Source of the DNA: Octopus bimaculoides
Lineage: Eukaryota
Assembly (NCBI RefSeq): GCF_001194135.2
Contig: NC_068982.1
Location: 4,386,819 to 4,433,114, forward strand
Direction of reading: 5' to 3'
DNA: 46,296 bases
Part shown: in pieces, positions 35,331-46,296 of the stretch
How the letters are laid out: each line of letters begins with the position of its first letter
Position numbering within the stretch: the first letter of the stretch is position 1
Notes under the pieces: generated by a model
Seen by the model: the letters and a program-made list of their open reading frames with translations, nothing else
What the model was told of the DNA's origin: nothing
The model's database searches: none
Position numbers and translations under genes: made by a program

Positions 35331-35748
35331 GGATATTTTGAAGTCAATAAGAGTTTATTATCAGCAACAAATCGATCATTATTCCTTACAGATGTTTTAA
35401 TTACACACAGTGAAATTAATTAAATATTAAATTCATATTTCTGAGCATAATCTCTTCAAAGGGAAAAAAAAGATAACCTTAGATGTTATGTATGTTTGTT
35501 TGTAGATTCATCATAGCAGGCTGCTCTTATGAATCTACAAGTCTGCTGTGATGAATCTACAAGTCTGCTGTGATGAATCTACAAGCATACATAACATCTA
35601 AGGGTATCTTTTTTTCCCTTTGAAGAGATTATGCTCAGAAATATGAATTTAATATTTAATTAATTTCACTGTGTATAACTGAAACAGCTGTAAGGGGTAA
35701 CGATGGATTTGTTGTTGATAATAAACTGTTATCAACTTCAAAATCTCC
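35331..35748. mobile_element. Fold-back element of about 418 bp with a 22-bp tandem repeat in the loop
   Basis: Arms about 35331-35520 and 35565-35748; central ATGAATCTACAAGTCTGCTGTG repeated about 2.6 times. Confidence 0.85.
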
Positions 35749-35987
35749 ATTTTCTTCCTTTTTCTTTGCATGAATATAAACTACAGTTTATATACAAATC
35801 TATTATTTTAAGGAAACCAATCCCCCCCCCCCACCAAGATAGGTATTGAACCAGTATTTCCTTGGATGACACCACACTTTGATGAAGCTAACTGAATTAT
35901 ATATATATATATATATATATATACACGTTCATATATAATATGTATCTGTGTGCGTGCGTGTCTCTTTGAGTGTTGTATTTGCTGTTT

Positions 35988-36412
35988 TGCTCTTTTACTT
36001 GTTGCAGTCATTTGATTGCGGCCATGCTGGAGCACCGCCTTTAGTCGATCAAATCAACCCCAGGACTTAATCTAGTAAGCCTAGTATGTATTCTATCGGT
36101 TTGTTTTGCCGAACCGCTAGGTTACGGGGACGTAAACACGCCAACATCGGTTGTCAAGCGATGGCGGGGAAAAACACAGACTCACACAAAATATAAACAC
36201 ACACATGCACACACACGTGCGCACACACACACATACGCACACATATATACAACGAGTTTCTCTCAGTTTCCGTCTACCAAATCCACTCACAAGGCTTTGG
36301 TCGGTCCGAGGCTATAGTAGAAGACAGTTGTCCAAAGTGCTACGCAGTGGGACTGAACTCGGAACCATGTGGTTGGGAAGCGAGCTTCTTACCACACAGC
36401 CACGCTGCGCCT
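35988..36412 (-). mobile_element. Full bipartite SINE (head B + microsatellite + module C)
   Basis: Minus strand: tRNA-like head 36412-36340, body to 36250, (TG)n-rich spacer, module C 36165-35988. Confidence 0.85.
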
Positions 36413-36442
36413 ATTTGAAAAAGTATTTTATAAAATTAGTTT

Positions 36443-36618
36443 ACAACCGGTGTTGGTGTGTTAACGTTCCCGTAACTTAGCAATTTGTCAAAAGAGACCG
36501 ATAGAATTAGCACCAGGCTTAAAAGAAATAATCACTTGGGACGATTCGTTCGACTAAAAATTCCTCAAGCCGGTGCCCCAGCATCGCCGCAGTCCAATGA
36601 TTAAAACCAGTAAAAAGT
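36443..36618 (+). mobile_element. SINE module C
   Basis: Matches 8533-8712. Confidence 0.75.
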
Positions 36619-37644
36619 GAACAGCTAAACGGTATTTTTTTAGACAATATTCATATGACTACGATATGCTTCCGCTTTCTGAAGCAGAAAGATTTACGTA
36701 TTTAATACGTTTAAATCCACCTTTTGCTCTTCATTTCCTTTTATACCAATATAATCTTTTGAAAATTGTTTTCTTTGGATTAGAGCTCTGGCCAGTGAGA
36801 TGCTTTGACAGCTAATCATCATTGTAACATTTTCTCTGGACTGGCTTGTATGTAATTTCTATGGGAAGAACGATACGGGAGATCTTACGTCATCAGAAAC
36901 AGTCTCATGTCTCGAAGCTGCAATTGAGTGTGGCAATGACAGATAATACGTTAACAGCGAAAGAAAGTAGTCTGTGCGAAGAGACTTTAGGAAACAGCTG
37001 TCTCGTGAAAAGAAGTATGGTAGGAAACTCGTAGAACAGTTTTTCATTTTAATCAGCGAGAGAAACATTAATCTTATATATGTAAAAACATTGATAAATG
37101 AGTTTTGACATTGCGTGTATATCATATGATACAGTACGTATTATTCAGTTATTAATAATCGAGTAGAAACTTTAATTTGTACAAAAATGGCATTCAATCT
37201 AATATTTCTTGCGAATTCAAATGTCTTCTATATTAAAATAGATTTGCTTTACATAACAGTAAAGAAAACGTATTCAAGTCCATTTTTATATAATTTTAAC
37301 TATTTCTACCTTTTATTCTTTACGAAAAACCTAGAATAAGTTCCGTAATTTCTTTAAAAAACTTGTAAGTCGAAAATTCGCCTGTAAGATATAAAATACG
37401 ATTCGCTAAATACGATACGATTCAAACTTAATTGCATAGGACAGGAGGCATTCAATTTAAAAACTTTCTCAGTGTTTAATTATTTATACTATAGAAAACT
37501 TTCGAGCTATATTTACGAATATTCGGTAGAAAATCATTATTATCCCCCCCCCCCAAAAAAAAACCCCCAGAAACGTTGTTTATATATTTTACTATACAGA
37601 ATGCTACCATATAACTATGAGTTTGTTAATGTATCTCTCAGAAT

Positions 37645-37675
37645 ACATACATACACACACCCATACATACATACA

Positions 37676-37709
<34 letters not shown>

Positions 37710-37812
37710 CATGTATATATATGTATATACACGTATATATANNNNNNNNNNNNNNNNNNNNNNNNNNNNNNNNNNNNNNNNNNNNNNNNNNNNNNNNNNN
37801 NNNNNNNNNNNN

Positions 37813-37843
<31 letters not shown>

Positions 37844-37960
37844 CACGTATATGCATACATGCTTGTATACATACACACACACGCTCATATGTATATATGC
37901 ATATATATATGTATATATATATGTGTGTATGTCTGTGCATGTGTGCGCGCGTGAAAGAAT
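37645..37960. repeat. (CATA)n/(TA)n microsatellite cluster around a gap
   Basis: Visible runs flanking 37742-37812. Confidence 0.9.
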
Positions 37961-38975
37961 TTGTATGTGCAACTGTCAAGGCATATGTGACATAATTATA
38001 TAGCTTAGAGTAAAATGCGAATAGTCGGCTCTTTCAATTAATTCTCATTAAGTTTGTTTTGGTTATTCATCGAAATTATTTTTTGTTAGGCAAAATAAAG
38101 ATGGGTTATTGTCATCAATTACTTGTTTGCCAATATGATTAACAATTTCGCACTGCAGCCATAAATTTCGGGTTTCGAACCTATTCTGTTGTACACCAAC
38201 AGCGTGATTATATTTTATTTTCCTCTCAATTTATTTTCGATATTTTGCCACTGAAAGTATACAAGTCAAATTCTTAAATACTAATACTGCTTTGTATAAA
38301 TACAAACTTGTAACCGGTTCAAATATGGTTGAGGCATATTTGAAACTGTTTCCTGTATTTTGCCATGGAGATAATTTCCTGTTGCAGACAAATAGGTTTA
38401 AATACACTGAGTCAGCGCACAGCGTCCTCTAACTAGACTGGGATGCGTGCATTTCGGAGTGGTTATCCCTTCCTCAGCAGCAGAGACTAGAAAAGCAGAC
38501 GTTGCGAACTAACACAAGAGACATGTTTCTATTATGATGTCCCCGTGATCGTTCAGTGACTGGTTGCGCCATTCCTTACGGCTTCGAATCTGCCTAAAGC
38601 ATAACAAAAGTTTATATTAAAGACTAATGTTTAGACATGACTAAATACAAACTTGGAGAATGACACGTAGCGCATGATATGCCTTTGTTTACTAGACATA
38701 TACATATGAACGACTGGGTGACATGTATGTATAATAGATAGGGATCTGCCTTCCCGGTATCTGGGGCTAAAAAGGAGATAACCACTCTCAAATGCATGTG
38801 TCCAACAGCAGTCTGGTTAGGGAGTAGACAGATAGGTGCATTTACATCTATTTGTCTACAGTGAGAAATTTTCACAATGACCAAATATAGTGAATGGCTT
38901 TCTTACTGGTTCGAATATGCATCAAATATATTTGAACTGGTAATAAACTTGTATCTATGCATGCATGCATAGATA

Positions 38976-39207
38976 CAGGGTTGGCCAAAAGTCACCTGAC
39001 ACTAAATCAAAATTCCATAAATACTGTCTGTAATTCTGTATTGAGTCAAATGGAAAAATGGTGTCTCTAAAGAAGGACTTCAGTTTGCGCAATTTTCGTG
39101 GTTTCATATTTAGATGCTTTTATTAAATTCATTCAGTCGTTAAACATAAATGAATCTTTGAATTAAATGGTTTTGATTTACTGTCTGGTGACATTTGGCC
39201 AGCCCTG
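38976..39207. mobile_element. Tc1/mariner-type MITE, 232 bp
   Basis: TIRs CAGGGTTGGCCAAAAGTCACCTGACACTAAATCAAAA versus the reverse complement of the right end (about 39 bp, 4 mismatches); TA dinucleotide on both sides. Confidence 0.85.
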
Positions 39208-40896
39208 TACATAGTACTTATCGACCTAAATGTATACACACACAAACACCACACACTCTCACATACATACACTCACATATTCAGAGGTTATTTTCTTGTG
39301 TACAAAATAGGAATTAGTACTTAATATATCTAATAAGGAATGTTTTTTTTTTTGCTTGGATTACACTTTTTTGTGACTCAAGTTTCGTGCCACAGCATCC
39401 GTCAATTGCTATAATTTCGTTTGCCTGTTATTTTATATCCAGCGTTGTGCAGCCATATTTTTCTGTCTTTGGTTTCGATTGTTAGGTGCCACGCGTTTGT
39501 TTTGGTGTGTATTGTCGTTCTTAGTTTCTTTGTCTTTTAATATCTTGTTTCGTTTTGTTCATTTAGGAGCATGTATTCAGGTTTTTGCGTGTGATATTGT
39601 TTGCTTATATCATGATTTGTCCTTTTCGTCGGTATACACACATATATTCACTTTCACGCATATATAGGTATATATAAAAATATACATACATATATACATA
39701 CACCAGTTGATATATAAACTTATTTGTTAAAGAAACTTGTTATTCATGGAAAATTTTCTCTTCATCACATTTACTCGTATTTTGAAACTCTGAAGACCGT
39801 ATATCCTGTTGGCTAAAATGTTGACATTGGAAAAAAGGATTTTTAATGGTTCAATGGTTGAACTCTGCTTTTATCATTTTTGAAATATCAGATATTTTTA
39901 TACATATGAAGATGCCCAGTTTTCTAAATTCTACACAAGTTTTTACAGTTCGTTAGTCGTTCGCTATGAATATAATTCTTGTGTTTGAGCGGTGTTTATT
40001 GAATAGTTTTATGGTCCGGCGGCCATATCTAATTTTTGTATATGAGGTTTTCGGTTTTCGCTATCTATTTCTAAAAGTATTTCTATGTGCGTCTATATCT
40101 GGGTGGTAATTGCGTGCTTTGTTTGGATTATATCTGTGTGCTTCAATTAACGTAAATACATGACCAACTCCTGTAATCGCATAATCCATTTAATGGCTAC
40201 CAAATTCTCAGAACGACAAACAGGTGTAGCTTTTTGTGTAAAAAGTATTTATTGACAAAGAAAATTAAAATATAGACATTAACAAATTTCCCTCAAAACA
40301 TTTTGCATGAAATATATATTGCATTGTGATGGTGAGCCGAATATAATATTTCCTTAATTCAAATAAAAAAATTAGTGACAAAAAATTCATTACCATTAAA
40401 GAAAATTCATCCTCAGAAGAACAAAAGAGACGTTCCGGTATATCAATCAACAAAAGATTTAATTTTACGGGAGATATGCAAAAAGGAAAATAACACCGAT
40501 CTATGAAAGCACTGTCGACAATTTCGAAAATGGTGTAGTCTTAATGGCTGTCTTTAGTGAAGCATAGTCAAGAAAATAAGTACTTGACAGGTCCTCGGAA
40601 AAATGTGAGTAACTGCCCCGAGCTTAAATTATACAGATATCTGAAGAAAACTTATGATAACATTACTAACATTTTTAACATCACTGATGGAAAATACTTC
40701 AATCTCTTGTGCTAAATTTGTTTCCATCCAGTAGCAGCAGAGAGGGGCAGTCACTACATGGTATGGCACCAGTCAAACTACGTCGTGTAAATCAGCCAAT
40801 GAGAAAGAATCTCACTCATCCCCACTCATCATAATTAGATGTTGAGAACGCTTCACCACTCGGAACTAACGTTCGATCTTTTGCCAATTTTTAGCA

Positions 40897-40900
40897 GACA

Positions 40901-40949
<49 letters not shown>
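40897..40949. repeat. (CA)n microsatellite
   Basis: Visible run. Confidence 0.95.
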
Positions 40950-40951
<2 letters not shown>

Positions 40952-43164
40952 GAAGTTGACTATTTCAACGCCACATACTTATTCTCTCTTGCTGAAGACT
41001 GCTTACAACTGTCAGCAATGCGTTTGTTAAACAAAATCCTTTCAAAGTTAATAAATTTATCCAACAATAAAATAGACACAAACCTAGACTTCATAGGGTG
41101 TATAATCATTTAGAATACCAATTACTTTATTACAGTCGGAGATATGAGATAGAAAGTCGATTCCAGTCGTAGCTAGAACACTGTTCAAGGTGATAGGACT
41201 GAATATTGACTGTAACTTAGTTTAATCTTCTGCCGTTTGACAAGTTTATTTTAAAATACTGACGTAGAGAGACCTTTCTATTCTTATATAAATAGAAGAG
41301 GAAGCAAACGAATAATTATCATATTATACAACCATCAGTCTCAGAGATCTATGGAGTTATACTAGAGGAACACAGCATAAACTAGGAAGATTCGCGTGAT
41401 TATCCTAGATGTCTTTGTTTGTATTTTCTGAGTCAGAAGCCATTTTCCTGAGCTAGAAGCTAATTTCTGTCAGATGGCTGTGTTGCTGATTGTTTGCTCG
41501 AGATATCATTTCAGTTGTTTATTGAAGTGCTTCGATGGGAATGATCTTATTCTCCATTCATGAAATCCATTGTTTCAGCAGAGAGAACATAATCTACATG
41601 CTGATCAAATTAACAACGGCCGAAACGATGGTTTTATTCTTATATTGTGAGAATTATCGGTTGATTTAGAAAATGAAATATTTAGATATAATTCTAATCA
41701 TAGCTTTGTAAATTCATTATGGAATCACCGGAACTCTTGGCAATTGTGGAATATCAAAGACTTCGTTATGTGGAGCACATAGGTCAAACTGAATTACCCT
41801 CGGTACTGTGCATGAAATTCCAAGTGGCATTAATGATGGTAAATCAGTTCAGTAAACTAGTCAATCAAATTCTCTTCAGTCATACGGCGTTACACCCTTT
41901 CAGTACAGACTCATTTAAGTGTTATAACTGGAACATGATGATATGAACTGCTTATTGTTCAATAGACCCCCAACCCTTTAATAATTCTAGCAGTACCGTT
42001 ACATTTACCCACGAAATGATGCCTAATACTCTGTCAACACTTTACAAACATATTTATGTGTTTACGTGTAATTATATCCTCCCTTTAAGATTATTTTTTA
42101 TCATATGACACTATCCACATTATCTGCAGTGGTGCAGAAGAAATAAGTAAGGTATAATTCAATTATTAAGTTTATCAGGTGTGTAGGGGCCGAAACAGAA
42201 ACTCTCTACAAGATCACAAACATTTTTCCCCCGCTTGGAGCAATCCGTGTTTTTGTATACCTGACACTACATTGTCCAATGTGTTCTTTCTTTTGAAGGC
42301 AGTAGGATGAGATTTGAAAAACAAAATGGTTTAAATGTTTCAGGTAATTTAAGGAGATTGAACTTGTGATGGTAAAGAATTGTACAGGCTGGAGCTTGAT
42401 GTGACTCTTGAATGTTTTAAGTTATCTTATATTTATAAGTATTTCCATTCGTCGTGTAGATGTAGGTGAGTGAGCACTGTGTGCAGCCTGGGACAAGGCC
42501 AAGCGCACTATGTTAAATTTTGTATGTTTATAGACTCTTGTTGTTGTTTCTCTGTAGGTCAGCTTTGATTTTGAATATCTATGGCCACGATATGACCATT
42601 CCATCATGTTCTCGGTGCTCATATGATTACATTATGAAAATATGTTTAAAGGCCTATATTTCCTGCGTTAACCATTCTCTATGAAGGTGCTATTTTCGAT
42701 GAAGCGAAACTATTGACCTTTTCATAGACAGGGATATGTAGAGGAAGGGAACTGGACGAAGTAGAAGCAACAATTTTTGTTAGGTTGTGGAGTATATTCT
42801 AATAAAACTGAATAGGACGTCAGAGAAGTAGAATTGTATTTAATACAACTTTCTTTTTTAAAGACAGTAGAATATGATTGGAGGGATATTTCGCTGGTAT
42901 TTCTAGTTGATTCGGTGACCACGTAAGGTAGATTTGCAGGACCTCTTTTCTGTGAGTGAACTTAATGCTTGGGTTCAAATTTGAAACCGATATCTCTAAC
43001 ACCAATAAAAAATCTTTAAGTGTTAAGACCAAACCAGTAATTAAATATAATTTGAATATGCAAAATTGAAAATTAATTATTTTCTGTTGTCATATATATA
43101 AGATGAAATGCAAAGTGATGATAAATGCAGCATACAAAATATATTAATACTCTAATAGGAGATT

Positions 43165-43320
43165 TCGTCTTTGCGTTCTGAGTTCAAATTCCGCCGAGGT
43201 CAATTTTGCCTTTCATCCTTTCGGGATCGATAAAATATATGCCAGCTGAACACTGGGGTCGATGTAATTGACTTACTCCCTTCCCTCGAAATTGCTGGCC
43301 TTGCGCTAAAGTTTGAAACT
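43165..43320 (+). mobile_element. SINE family D, 5'-truncated
   Basis: ctgagttcaaattccgccgaggtc...ttgcctttcatcctttcggg.tcgataaa matches the reverse complement of 44600-44720. Confidence 0.75.
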
Positions 43321-43399
43321 AATATTCTATAGGAGGATTGCTGCAAAAAGCCCATCATAAAAGCCCATATATATATTGAAGATAGCTCCGACTACCAAA

Positions 43400-43910
43400 A
43401 GTAAGCGCTTTCATTTACTATATTTTCCTTTCTAAAGGTATTTAACTCGACCCATGTTTGCCACTTTCATCAAGGTTTCACCAAATTTCCTTGAGGGGAG
43501 AATCGTTCTCTACATATTCATCTTCTCCAATTGGAACTTGAGAAAGCTGATGAGGTCAAGGAGAAAGTGTTTATTATCAGTTCTTTCGGCCGTGTCCACC
43601 CATACGCTTTTGTCATAACCATCAGAAATATGAAAAAAACCACCCTACCCTTTCCTACCAAAGAAAGGCGACGAGATAATCTTGACGATGGACTCAGTCG
43701 ATTGTTGCTTCATCGAATATATGTGAACAGCTTCGCAACGTTTCATCATTATTGGAATAATGATCGATACGGGTGGAGAACGATTTTCTCACTCTGTACG
43801 CATGTCGGGTGAACTCGTGTGACAAACGTTCGTCCTTGTAATTTACCCAATGATGTTTTGCATAATAGAACATTATTTGACTATTACGAAAAGTATCTAC
43901 TAATGTCAAT
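43400..43910 (-). pseudogene. Decayed L1/Tx1-type apurinic-like endonuclease C-terminal fragment
   Basis: ORF 43694-43909: LVDTFR...EFT...STRIDHY...LRSCSHI...TID parallels the L1 EN motifs L.D.(W/F)R, FT, SRID and SDH. Confidence 0.45.
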
Positions 43911-44574
43911 TGAATATCCTAGTATCGAACTGGAAACGAAGCGAAAACGAAAATGTTGGAAGATAACTGTGTAAGTAATTTGTCCGGCTCTTATCATAAT
44001 AAAGTCTTAGAGATGAAAATACAATCAACCATCACGTGTAAGCAAACTAAGGGAACGCGAGTCATATTAACAACACGCCAATTTAATCCATCTCTAAAAC
44101 GTTATTAAAAATGATAAAGAAGGCAAAGAAAACTCGTAAATTTAGGAAAAGGATTAGAGAGAAATACATTCTTTCAGCTTAATGGAAATATGCATGAAAA
44201 ATGAAACGCAAAACCTCTAGCATTGCGAAAGGAATATATGATAAAAAAATAGACAAAATAAACGGTGTCCGATGATATTGAAAGTGTAAGTGAAGATCCA
44301 GGCTTTAGTCTTCATATTTTTCAAATAAACCATAAAAAGTATAAATGAAAACGAGAGATATATATTTGTATGCTACATACTTTCATATTTTATAGCTGTT
44401 AAGTATGCATACTTATAAACATACGTAGTTTACAGCTACATTCTCCCGGAAGAGGAATTATAATATTTTTTAATGTTAAATATAAAGAGAAAATAATTAT
44501 GAATTCCAAAGGACTTGCTAATTTAAGAAGAAACGCATTCATATCCGAAAATTTATCAATGCTTAAAATATTAG

Positions 44575-44776
44575 TTTCAAATTTCAGCTCAAGACCAGTA
44601 AGTTTGGGGGAGAGAGTAAGTCAATTACATCGACCCTAGTATTTAACTGGTACTTATGTTATCAACCCTGGAAGAAAGATGAAAGACAAAGTGGACCTCA
44701 GCGGAATTTGAACTCATAACATAAAGATGAATGAAATGCCGCTAAGCTTTTTTCCCTGCACGGTAACGATTCTGCT
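44575..44776 (-). mobile_element. SINE family D
   Basis: Reverse complement carries gcagaatcgttac...agcttagcggcatttc...gagttcaaattccgc and the shared body. Confidence 0.75.
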
Positions 44777-45792
44777 TTACCAGTGCTTAAGATATTCAAA
44801 ATCATAACAAAAGCTCAAATGGCGGACAAAAACATAGAACGAGAATAATAAAGAAATCATCGAGAACTTAAGTCAGGATCAGAGATCTAATATTTTCAAA
44901 ACCACATAATCAAACCCAACATGACAAACAGACGATCGATGAACAAAACTGAACGGGTATAACTCAAACAAAAATAGAAATAAAAGTAAAGGTGAGAAAA
45001 ATGGTAAAATAGAAAATTCTTTTGATGAAAATCATCAATACGGTGGGAAAAGTTTTAAAATAATTGAAATCGATCTGAGATCTTAGAGACCAATTAAAAT
45101 ATCTCAAACATCTAGGGATGAGAATTAATGAAGAAATAGCTTGTATGGTTAAAAAATGCTAGCCTAGTCATTGAAAATTAAATGAAAACAGACACAAAAA
45201 TCAATATCACCAGGATAAACGAAATACTGTATAGAGAATACACAATAGTTACAAATAAAATTTGGCACGCTCACATAAGCTAGCCATATAGAAATTCCCC
45301 CCCCCCCCACAAAAAAACAACATGAAAATGAAACATACGGAGGAAAATGGTTAAAAAGATGTCTTAAACTTTTATGAAATCAATATTTAAAAGATACAGA
45401 AGACAGAATAGAGAAATATAACTGAAATATGCGAATAAAAAGTAATATCGACATCGAAGAACGTTAAAAACAAAAGAGTCCTCTCAAAGCTGCGAGCAAA
45501 CTGATTCTGCAGTCCAAAATGATTCCATCAAGAATTAGATATAAATAAAATGGCAGTGAATGTAGTACCCAGCGCAGGAAAGATTTCGGATAAGATCAAA
45601 GGAATCACCGTGGACAAGATTCAAATTATATTCAATGAAATACCAAGAAGGAAAGGAATATTGTAATTAGTTGATATTATGGGCGGTGTATGTACTACAC
45701 ACATACACACGCGTGTGCGCACACACGTATATATATATANNNNNNNNNNAGACTTTGCTATAAATACATATACATATATGTATATAAATATA

Positions 45793-46090
45793 TGTGAAGG
45801 CGCAGTGGTTAGGGCAGCGGGATCGCGGTCGGAGGATCGCGGTTTCGATTCCCAGACCGGGCGTTGTGAGTGTTTATTGAGCGAAAACACCTAAGCTCCA
45901 CGAGGCTCCGGCAGGGGGTGGCGGCGACCCTGTTGTACTCTGTCGCCCCAACTTTCTCTCACTCTTTCTTCCTGTTTCTTGATTAACGCTGCGATGGACT
46001 GGCGTCCCGTCCAGCTGGGAGGAACACATACGCCATAGAAACAGGGAAACCGGGCCCATGAGCCTGGCTAGGCTTTGAAAGGGGCGACGT
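45793..46090 (+). mobile_element. tRNA-derived SINE family E, full length
   Basis: A box GGCGCAGTGG (45799-45808) and B box GGTTTCGATTCCC (45841-45853); body shared with 22387-22507; distinct 3' tail (gcgatggactggcgtcccgtccag...ccgggcccatgagcc). Confidence 0.8.
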
Positions 46091-46296
46091 TTATTGTATA
46101 CTAGCAGTATAACCCGACGTTGTCCGGGTGTGACTTATTACGCCGTCTCTACGATAAGTCTTGCTAGGTGAAAATCAACTAAAAAAGAAAGTCTTACAAT
46201 GAAAAAACCCTTATGATGTAAATATGTTCATAATTCAAAAGACGAAATTAATAGGGAAAGTGTGAAGGCTGTTTTGTGTAACATTATTAAGTGTAC

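Larger units (their letters stand above)
1430..45749. other. 14 assembly gaps (N runs): 1430-1566, 4086-4095, 6461-6836, 7496-7699, 17904-17992, 19249-19663, 21891-21900, 22999-23516, 30437-30666, 32311-32320, 34051-34185, 35209-35268, 37742-37812, 45740-45749
   Basis: N characters; most are bordered by microsatellites. Confidence 0.98.

Noticed and set aside
35530-35585. CRISPR-like direct repeats
   Set aside because: The 22-bp units are contiguous with no spacers, inside a eukaryotic fold-back element; not a CRISPR array.
42299-42345. Short exon candidate (ttctttcttttgaag|…cag|gtaatt)
   Set aside because: Peptide uninformative, and the acceptor side appears to lie in repeat-like sequence; no independent support.

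Overview
AT-rich, microsatellite-dense eukaryotic DNA from a draft assembly, with 14 N-gaps (about 2.3 kb in total), most abutting simple repeats. The repeat landscape resembles a cephalopod (Octopus-like) genome; that is inference from pattern recall, not a database result. I find no credible host protein-coding exon, rRNA, true tRNA gene or CRISPR array, so the window is probably intronic or intergenic. It contains several tRNA-derived SINE families, fragments of restriction-like-endonuclease (R4/Dong-type) LINEs, decayed L1/Tx1-like and possible Penelope remnants, a Chapaev3-like transposase fossil, a Tc1/mariner MITE and several fold-back elements. The standout is a roughly 270-bp non-autonomous retroelement built as tRNA-like Pol III head + (AAT)n linker + a tail carrying a minimal type-I hammerhead ribozyme (stem I-CUGAUGA-A-stem II-GAAAC-GUH-stem I'). 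It gives six hammerhead motifs at four loci (2.5, 17.4-18.4, 26.1-26.5 and 33.0-33.3 kb). Every locus has an inversion junction, three have 11-14 bp target-site duplications (one imperfect), and one holds a 234-nt head-to-tail dimer. This looks like a hammerhead-SINE/retrozyme-like system mobilised by Penelope-type machinery. Self-cleavage and novelty are untested.
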